Shown one piece after another: positions 20,208 through 26,643 of a stretch of 38,463 nucleotides of DNA (positions are counted from its first letter, which is position 1; every line of letters starts with the position of its first letter). Location of the stretch: positions 28,715 to 67,177 of the forward strand of contig CAZMMZ010000005.1 of the NCBI GenBank assembly GCA_964567575.1, written 5' to 3'. The stretch comes from Candidatus Undinarchaeota archaeon (GTDB taxonomy: Archaea > Undinarchaeota > Undinarchaeia > Undinarchaeales > UBA543). The notes beneath the pieces were generated by a model. It saw only the letters and a program-made list of their open reading frames with translations. It ran no database searches and was not told the DNA's origin. The position numbers and the translations under genes were made by a program.

Positions 20208-20507
20208 TTTGTTTTTTTTGCCTCCAAATTTATATTCAAGAAAAATAGCGAAATGCTTATATACTTAGATACGCTATCTCTCTTTAATTATAATTCACAA
20301 TAGAACTTTAAAATTCGACATTCAACGCTGATCAATCCGGCAAGATTGATTTCATCAAAACCGTTATCATGAGCGGCAACTCATGGTTGTGTTTGTTTTG
20401 ATCTCTTTCTCAAATGGTTTCTATTTTAGTGTTAGCAAATTCTAGCTTATATATCTTGCGCTTATTCTCCACAAACCTTTATATAATTAAAAGTGAAATT
20501 GATTCTG

Positions 20508-21803
20508 ATGAACTTTATACCAATTCAAGAAGCATTAAATAAAAAGAATGAAGGTAAGTTAGTTTCTATTCGCGGATGGGTTTATCGCGAAAGGAAATTG
20601 AAAGATAAAGCTTTTATTGTGATTCGAGATGCTTCTAATATTATTCAAGCAGTTGTCAAAAGCGATAACAAGAAACTGTTTTCTGAAGCTTCTAAATTAA
20701 CAATGGAAAGTTCTGTGCAACTTTCTGGGAAAGTTCGAAAAGATGACAGGGCTCCTACTGGTTTTGAAATCGATGTTACTTCGCTTGAGATTGTCGGACT
20801 TGCTGAGCGTTTTCCAATTACAAAAGATCAAGGTGCAGACTTTCTTTTAGACAATCGTCATTTGTGGCTAAGAAGCCGTCGTATGACAGCGATTATGAAG
20901 ATTCGCCACACTGTTGTTGGAGCGATTCACGAGTTTTTCAGAAGTAATGGTTATTACGAATTTGATCCGCCAATTATGACAGCAAATGCTTGCGAGGGTG
21001 CAATGACTTTGTTTGAAGTGAAATATTTTGATGAGATTATGTATCTTTCACAGTCTTGGCAACTTTATGCAGAAGCTGGAATTTTTGCTCTTGAAAAAAT
21101 CTATGATATGTCTCCGACTTTCCGAGCTGAGCCATCTAAAACATCAATGCATATTGCTGAGTTCTGGATGGCGGAAATGGAAGCAGCGTGGATGAAGTTG
21201 GATGAAGTCACTGAAGTTGCGAAAGATGAAATCAAATTTATTATTCAAAAAGTTCTTGATGAAAACCGTGCGGAGTTGGAATTACTTGGTCGCGATGTTA
21301 AGATTCTTGAGAAATATGCGAAAGCGAAGTATCCAACAATCACTTACACAGAAGCGTTGAAGATTCTTGATAAGGAATACAAAATGAAAATTCCATGGGG
21401 CAAAGATCTCCGTACAAAAGAGGAAGAGCTTCTTGGTAAACACTTTGGAGTTCCTGTTGTTGTTATTAATTATCCTAAAGAAATCATGGCTTTCTACAAG
21501 CCACCTAATCCAAAGAATCCGAAGGAAGCGCTATGCTTTGACATGATTGCACCGGAGGGTTATCGCGAAATTGTTGGTGGATCAGAACGTTCAACTGACA
21601 TTGCGCAGATGAAGAAGGATGCAAAGAAGAAAGATGCTAGTATTGGAAATTATGATTGGTACTTTGACTTGCGCAGATTTGGTAATGTTCCTCATTCTGG
21701 TTACGGTGTTGGGGTTGAGCGTGTGATTGCGTGGATCTGTGGAATTGACAACATAAAGGATGCTGTTACTTTCCCTAGAACAATGAATCGGATGACACCA
21801 TGA
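20508..21803 (+). CDS. asnS: Asparaginyl-tRNA synthetase (likely start ATG 20508)
   Basis: OB-fold N-terminus, NRHLWLRS, YLSQSWQLY, FRAE..EFW, PHSGYGVGVER; TATA at 20478-20485 is 22 nt from ATG 20508. Confidence 0.92.
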   Translation: MNFIPIQEALNKKNEGKLVSIRGWVYRERKLKDKAFIVIRDASNIIQAVVKSDNKKLFSEASKLTMESSVQLSGKVRKDDRAPTGFEIDVTSLEIVGLAERFPITKDQGADFLLDNRHLWLRSRRMTAIMKIRHTVVGAIHEFFRSNGYYEFDPPIMTANACEGAMTLFEVKYFDEIMYLSQSWQLYAEAGIFALEKIYDMSPTFRAEPSKTSMHIAEFWMAEMEAAWMKLDEVTEVAKDEIKFIIQKVLDENRAELELLGRDVKILEKYAKAKYPTITYTEALKILDKEYKMKIPWGKDLRTKEEELLGKHFGVPVVVINYPKEIMAFYKPPNPKNPKEALCFDMIAPEGYREIVGGSERSTDIAQMKKDAKKKDASIGNYDWYFDLRRFGNVPHSGYGVGVERVIAWICGIDNIKDAVTFPRTMNRMTP

Positions 21804-22399
21804 GCCCAAAAAAGAAAACTCCAAAAAAATCAATTAAAAAAACTAGTTCTAAAAAGAAATCTGTGAAAGAACCACCAGAATTTGAAGATTTTATAACTCA
21901 GGAAGAAAAAGAGGAATATATTGAAGAGCAACTTGAGGATATTGGAGAAGCAATTGAAGAAGAGCTTGATGAAAGTTTGAAAAACTTAAATAAAAAAGAG
22001 GAGCCTGTTGCTGTTTTTGTTAAGGATAAAGAAACTGCAAAGGATATTAAGCGTTTGCGAAAGACTTTGTCAAGTGGTTTAGAAACAACGCAAAAAGGAA
22101 TTGTTGTTTTCTATGAGCAAGCAAGCGAGGCTGGCAATCGAATTCGTGGTTTTACTTTCATGCTTCTTGGAATTTCGTTTATGTTTATGGGTTTCTTTGC
22201 AAAGGATATTGATTTCGTAACATTTAAAGAAATTCTTGTTTCATTAACTAATACAATATCGGGTCGGATAATTGTTTGCACAATTGGTTTTACTGTTTTT
22301 GCATATGGAAGCCGAAAGTTTTTGAAAGGTTTAATGACTCCATTTTTGGAAAAGATGTTTCCTAAAAAGAAGAAATACGTGCAGAAGAAGTTGGTTTAA
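21800..22399 (+). CDS. Hypothetical membrane protein: basic N-terminus, acidic block, two TM helices
   Basis: Long ORF coupled to asnS (ATGA overlap), native codon style, two hydrophobic stretches. Confidence 0.7.
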   Translation: MSPKKKTPKKSIKKTSSKKKSVKEPPEFEDFITQEEKEEYIEEQLEDIGEAIEEELDESLKNLNKKEEPVAVFVKDKETAKDIKRLRKTLSSGLETTQKGIVVFYEQASEAGNRIRGFTFMLLGISFMFMGFFAKDIDFVTFKEILVSLTNTISGRIIVCTIGFTVFAYGSRKFLKGLMTPFLEKMFPKKKKYVQKKLV

Positions 22400-22453
22400 A
22401 AAAACCTACCAAAAGTTTAAAAGCAATTAAAATTAGATTTTTAGAGTTACTAG

Positions 22454-22531
22454 GCCCCGATGGTGTAGTCCGGTCAATCATTTGGCCCTCTCACGGCCAG
22501 GACAGGGGTTCGAATCCCCTTCGGGGCACCA
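22454..22531 (+). tRNA. tRNA-Glu (anticodon CTC), CCA encoded
   Basis: Acceptor GCCCCGA/TCGGGGC, anticodon arm TGGCC-CTCTCAC-GGCCA, T-loop TTCGAAT, ends ACCA. Confidence 0.95.
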
Positions 22532-22541
22532 TTAACATTAT

Positions 22542-22615
22542 GGGCCCGTAGATCAGTCCGGTAGATCGCTACCCTGGCATGGTAGAGGCCTCGAGTTCAA
22601 ATCTCGACGGGTCCA
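22542..22615 (+). tRNA. tRNA-Ala (anticodon GGC), CCA not encoded
   Basis: Acceptor GGGCCCG/CGGGTCC (G3-U70), anticodon arm CTACC-CTGGCAT-GGTAG, T-loop TTCAAAT. Confidence 0.95.
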
Positions 22616-22678
22616 CTCATTTCCACTACCTTTTTAAACTTTAATTTTATACTATTATTGAGGGTGTAATTTCTAACA

Positions 22679-23362
22679 ATGCTTCCAGTTAACATTATCA
22701 AGATTATTGGAGAACCAGGGAAGAACGCGGTTTTGATACTTGATGTTTTATTTAAGAAGAAAGCGAAGGCATCGCTGCATATTGTTTATGCTGATGATAT
22801 TCGCGCGTACTGTGTTAAGAATCCTGCCAAGTTTCCAATTTCTCCAGCTGCTGCAGTTTCTGAAGCGCAGGTTTTGAATTGGTATGGTGTTGTTAAAGTA
22901 ACAAAGCATAACGACAAAATGATTATTGAAAAAGATAAAATGTTTGACGAAGTTGCTAAACTTGCTAAGAAATCTAAACCAAAAACTCAAAAGAAAGTTC
23001 CTAAGAAAAAACCCTCAAAATCTTTTGAATCTATTTTTGATTCATTTCTAGTTAAACCAAAACCGAAAAAGAAAACTGTTAAAAAGTCTGTAACTAAAAC
23101 TAAAAAGAAGGTAAGTAAAAGTGGAAAACGAAAACTGCATATTTTGCAAAATAGTAAAAAACGAAATACCAAGCAAAAAACTGTACGAAGACGAAAAGTT
23201 CCTAAGCTTTCTGGACGTAAATCCAAAAGCAAAAGGCCACGCGCTCGTAATACCAAAAAACCATTACGAAACGTTCCTCGACATGCCGGAAAGCGAGGAA
23301 AAGGAACTGTTCGCAGTAGCACAAAAGCTCGGAAAACAACTAAAAGAAAAACTAAACGCTAA
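22679..23362 (+). CDS. Hypothetical protein: ~90-aa globular (possibly winged-helix) domain plus 134-aa Lys/Arg-rich tail; last 80 codons overlap the HIT gene
   Basis: TATA (22631-22638) and GAGGGTG SD upstream; tail 59 K/R vs 2 D/E; codon-bias evidence for the overlap. Confidence 0.75.
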   Translation: MLPVNIIKIIGEPGKNAVLILDVLFKKKAKASLHIVYADDIRAYCVKNPAKFPISPAAAVSEAQVLNWYGVVKVTKHNDKMIIEKDKMFDEVAKLAKKSKPKTQKKVPKKKPSKSFESIFDSFLVKPKPKKKTVKKSVTKTKKKVSKSGKRKLHILQNSKKRNTKQKTVRRRKVPKLSGRKSKSKRPRARNTKKPLRNVPRHAGKRGKGTVRSSTKARKTTKRKTKR

Positions 23363-23519
23363 GCATATTTTTCTTTTGGTGATGGGTACTGATGTGCCAC
23401 ATACTCATGTTCATCTTATTCCTTCATATGAAGGTGCTGAATTAGATGCAATTAAATTAGGTGATAATGTTGAAACAGATTTAGATGCTGTTTTAGCAGA
23501 AATAAAGGAGGAAAATTAA
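23121..23519 (+). CDS. hit: HIT family nucleotide hydrolase (GTG start)
   Basis: CIFCKIV, FLDVNP, GHALVIPKNH, HTHVHLIP triad; AAGGT SD-like at 23108-23112. Confidence 0.95.
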   Translation: MENENCIFCKIVKNEIPSKKLYEDEKFLSFLDVNPKAKGHALVIPKNHYETFLDMPESEEKELFAVAQKLGKQLKEKLNAKHIFLLVMGTDVPHTHVHLIPSYEGAELDAIKLGDNVETDLDAVLAEIKEEN

Positions 23520-23771
23520 ATGTGGGAATTAGTTGGTATTGCAGCTTCTGTTTTGACTAACATTGGTTTGCTAGTTCAAGTTATTCATGGCATTCGAACT
23601 CGAAAGCTTACGGATCTTTCTTATGGTATGTTAACCCTGCTTGGTGTTGGTCTTGCTTGCTGGCTTGCATATGGAATTCACTTAGCTGATTGGGTTATTG
23701 TTACTGCAAATATTGCTGGTGTTAGTTTTGTTTCAATGCTTCTTGCAATGAAATATGCTTTCTCAAAATAG
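23520..23771 (+). CDS. SemiSWEET/PQ-loop family small transporter
   Basis: Three TM helices, Q..H.IRTR..TDLSY, WLAYG, TAN pattern; PQ motif appears as VQ. Confidence 0.8.
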   Translation: MWELVGIAASVLTNIGLLVQVIHGIRTRKLTDLSYGMLTLLGVGLACWLAYGIHLADWVIVTANIAGVSFVSMLLAMKYAFSK

Positions 23772-23807
23772 TTATAAATATAAAGCGGGAAGTTCATTAA
23801 TAAAAAG

Positions 23808-26003
23808 ATGACACGTATTGAAGATGGTATTATATTAGAACGAACCAGTTCAGATGTTCTTAAAGAAATTAAAGAAGATAATGATGATATCAAAAAGATC
23901 ACTAAAAAATATAATAATAAATTTAATAATCTCAAAAATTCTCTTAAGCGGCAGGTTAAATCTTTAAAGGCAAAAAAAATTAACAAACAAAAGAGGGAAT
24001 TGTTTTTTGAGGATTGGGAACGAATTTTTACCCGATTTATCCAAGCATATTATAATGAAGTTGAGCCTATTCTAAAAGAAGCTGGTCGTTATATTTCATC
24101 TTCTCTTTTGGTTGTTACTATTGCTGAAAAGTGGCGAGGGACAATTTATGATTTGCTTTGGCCAATTGCAGTTGGTTTTGATATTGTTAAAATAGGAACA
24201 TGGCAAGGCAGGCTTACTGAATATGAGCATGCTGGTTATGATATTCCTATTGATAAACCTGATAAGGAAAGTAAAAAACCTCTTTTTGGTATAACTCATG
24301 ATCGTCTTGACATTGTAAAAAAAGGATTATCTGTTCCTGCTTATTTTGAGCTTGAGGATTATGTTTTCCCATATGATCCTAAGTTTTTCAAAAAGATTGG
24401 GGATACAATTACTGCTCGTTCACTAAAACTCGGTTTTCAAGATTATGAAAAGTATGATCGGGAACATGGAACTGAGCACATTATGCGAGCTTTAAAGAAC
24501 GCACAAAACATTGTTAATTCCGAGCGTTTTGAAAAAAATGCTAAGATAAATGAGCATATGGTTTATACTATGGTTGGCTTCCATGATTTTTGGAGAGCTT
24601 CTGATACTGATGCTAATATTTACAATATGGCTGCAAAGGTATTTTTCAAAGAAACAGTTTCAAAAAATCGTATTTATCTTAAGGAACAAGAGTCTCCTGC
24701 AAAAATATTGTATCAAGAGCTTGGGTCTGAACTAAATTCTAATTTCAAGAAGTTTGCAAGCAAAACCACAGACCTTGAATCCAGTTTTGTTATTAGTATG
24801 TTTAAGGAAGTTATTAAGGGATATGACGAAATTTTAGGTATTCTTGAAGATGCTTACTCTAAAAAGAAAGACGAGCTAGATCCAAAGGTTGTTGAGACTG
24901 CGATTTTAACTCTTCGAGATGATATTCTTGCAAATCTTATGAATCCAAATTCAAGACATTTAAAGAGGTTGAATATTCTTTTAGAAAAATTAGATGATGA
25001 TGCTGGTAACAAAACAATTCAGAATGAGATATTGAAGCAATTAATGAAATTTCTTCAGACATTAACTTATTCGGATGTTTCCCCGGATCTTCATGAAAGG
25101 ATAAAGCTTTTAGAAACTCTTTTTATGGAGCTTCGTCCTCCTGAAAAGTTTCCAACTAAACGAGGTTTGACTGATAGTGAAGATAAAGCTCTTACTAAGC
25201 TTCGTGATTTAATGGCATTTTTACGTAGATACAATAAACGTTTGTACAATAAACGTTCTTTAATTGCAGTTTTGCCTAAATCTAATAAATTTGTGTATAG
25301 AAAATTTTATGAAAAATTACATGTTATTGAATTAAATATTCTTCATCGCAGGAAAGTTGCTGCAGCGCGTAGTGGTCACTACCGGCTTGGTGGTCAAGGC
25401 AAGTATAATGTTGGTCTTTTCTTGGATATGCTTGGTTATCCTTTCCAATATACTGAAGTTATGGATTATATCAAAATTCATGATTTTAAATATATTGTTC
25501 CAAAAGTTTTTGAAGCACAAATCGCGCAGGATGCTGATCTTCTTGATGGTGTTGGTGCGCACGCTGTTAAAAGAACTGATATTGTTGGTCGTCAATATGG
25601 TGATGAATATTTTATAACTAAGTCTACTGATAAGGAAACTAAGGGGCAGCCTATTGAAATTAAAGATCGTTTCTATTATTTTGAGAACGCTGGTGGTAGT
25701 CCTGACACTGTTTCAGTTATTTTATGTCTTTGTTATTGCTGGCCTAATTGTATTAACACTGGGGGCGCCAAACTTCTTGTCAAAGAGAGACAAATAGCTA
25801 TGGAAAAGAAGCTTCTTAGCTATTCTAAGAATGTGAAGAAACTTACTCCATCTCAAATGAAGGAGTTGAAGGAAGTTATTGATGAATTTAAGAAAATGGC
25901 TCCTGCGAAATCAAAGGAAATGATTGAAAAGGGAAATAAGATTTACAAGAAAGAAGGTATAACTGGATTGTATCGTATAAGGTCAAAAGATTTGTTTAAG
26001 TGA
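23808..26003 (+). CDS. Large HD-superfamily phosphohydrolase-like protein with internal insertion
   Basis: H220GTEH224IMRA, H259D260FWR, H524, H558, QD575ADLLD580GVG motifs in HD order. Confidence 0.7.
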   Translation: MTRIEDGIILERTSSDVLKEIKEDNDDIKKITKKYNNKFNNLKNSLKRQVKSLKAKKINKQKRELFFEDWERIFTRFIQAYYNEVEPILKEAGRYISSSLLVVTIAEKWRGTIYDLLWPIAVGFDIVKIGTWQGRLTEYEHAGYDIPIDKPDKESKKPLFGITHDRLDIVKKGLSVPAYFELEDYVFPYDPKFFKKIGDTITARSLKLGFQDYEKYDREHGTEHIMRALKNAQNIVNSERFEKNAKINEHMVYTMVGFHDFWRASDTDANIYNMAAKVFFKETVSKNRIYLKEQESPAKILYQELGSELNSNFKKFASKTTDLESSFVISMFKEVIKGYDEILGILEDAYSKKKDELDPKVVETAILTLRDDILANLMNPNSRHLKRLNILLEKLDDDAGNKTIQNEILKQLMKFLQTLTYSDVSPDLHERIKLLETLFMELRPPEKFPTKRGLTDSEDKALTKLRDLMAFLRRYNKRLYNKRSLIAVLPKSNKFVYRKFYEKLHVIELNILHRRKVAAARSGHYRLGGQGKYNVGLFLDMLGYPFQYTEVMDYIKIHDFKYIVPKVFEAQIAQDADLLDGVGAHAVKRTDIVGRQYGDEYFITKSTDKETKGQPIEIKDRFYYFENAGGSPDTVSVILCLCYCWPNCINTGGAKLLVKERQIAMEKKLLSYSKNVKKLTPSQMKELKEVIDEFKKMAPAKSKEMIEKGNKIYKKEGITGLYRIRSKDLFK

Positions 26004-26284
26004 AACTCTTTTATTTTACCCATCAACTTTTCTTTTCCATCTCTTCTTTCCATTTTTCAAAGTCTTTCATAAAGTTTTTTCTTTTTTTTAGTTCTTTTTT
26101 TGTTTCTTTTTCAACAATCATAGTATCAACAAAATTCTGTAAAAATTTCTTCCCACTCGCATTTATTTTTTTCCCTAAATATTTTAAATAAATTTAAAAT
26201 ATTTTTTAAATTTATTTTTATTTTATTTACAATGCTTTTGCACGTGCGTAGGAATGTGTCGCGGCTTATTGGTTTTGGTTGATA

Positions 26285-26356
26285 GGGGCGCTGGGGCGCG
26301 GCTGGGCCGGGGCGCAGACAATTTTATTTTTCTGCGCACCTGCTCCACTGCGCTCC
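26285..26356 (+). other. GC-rich stem-loop / G-quadruplex-compatible island in AT-rich intergenic DNA
   Basis: 26293-26318 pairs with 26331-26356 at 22/26 positions (3 G-U); G4-N4-G4-N7-G3-N2-G4 at 26285-26312. Confidence 0.6.
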
Positions 26357-26528
26357 TGAATTTCTTCTAAAATATTATTTTTTTATAATTATTTGCAAAT
26401 AAATTAAATATTTTCAAATTATTTTGAATCTTTTCACAAATTTGTGCAAGAAAAGTGCTAGTTTATGTGTAAAAGTGGGGTGTAAATCTATTCTATACAG
26501 TATTCTTCCTTTAATTCTCTAAAAACAA

Positions 26529-26575
26529 CCCTCAAATGTGAGGTTAACCTCACATTTTGTAACTTTAACCTCACA
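26529..26575. repeat. 47-bp element, copy 2 (identical to 12635-12681)
   Basis: Exact match, same orientation. Confidence 0.95.
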
Positions 26576-26577
26576 CG

Positions 26578-26599
26578 CCGCCTGGCCGCGGCGGATGGC
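26578..26599. repeat. GC-rich REP-like 22-mer, inverted copy of 28418-28439
   Basis: CCGCCTGGCCGCGGCGGATGGC vs reverse complement CCGCCTTGCCGCGGAGGATGGC, 20/22 identical. Confidence 0.85.
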
Positions 26600-26643
26600 C
26601 GTGGGCATTCGCTTCGCGAAGCCCAGATTTGAAATTGGTTAAT

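Noticed and set aside
20208-20440. cdrS-like small ribbon-helix-helix gene upstream of ftsZ2
   Set aside because: Minus-strand frames give only very short or start-less ORFs
23100-23125. Programmed frameshift fusing the 22679 ORF N-terminus to HIT
   Set aside because: The HIT frame has a TAA at 23112-23114 just upstream of its GTG, and HIT has its own SD-like AAGGT, so independent initiation is simpler
22987-23322. 111-aa Phe/Leu-rich minus-strand ORF as a third overlapping gene
   Set aside because: Expected antisense of Lys-rich, T-depleted sequence; no promoter or family signal
26000-26191. 63-aa Phe-rich plus-strand ORF
   Set aside because: Poly-T low-complexity shadow of the Lys/Glu-rich antisense frame
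26240-26360. RNase P RNA or SRP RNA
   Set aside because: GC-rich part is too short and lacks the RNase P P4 signature (GAGGAAAGUCC) and the SRP helix-8 motif
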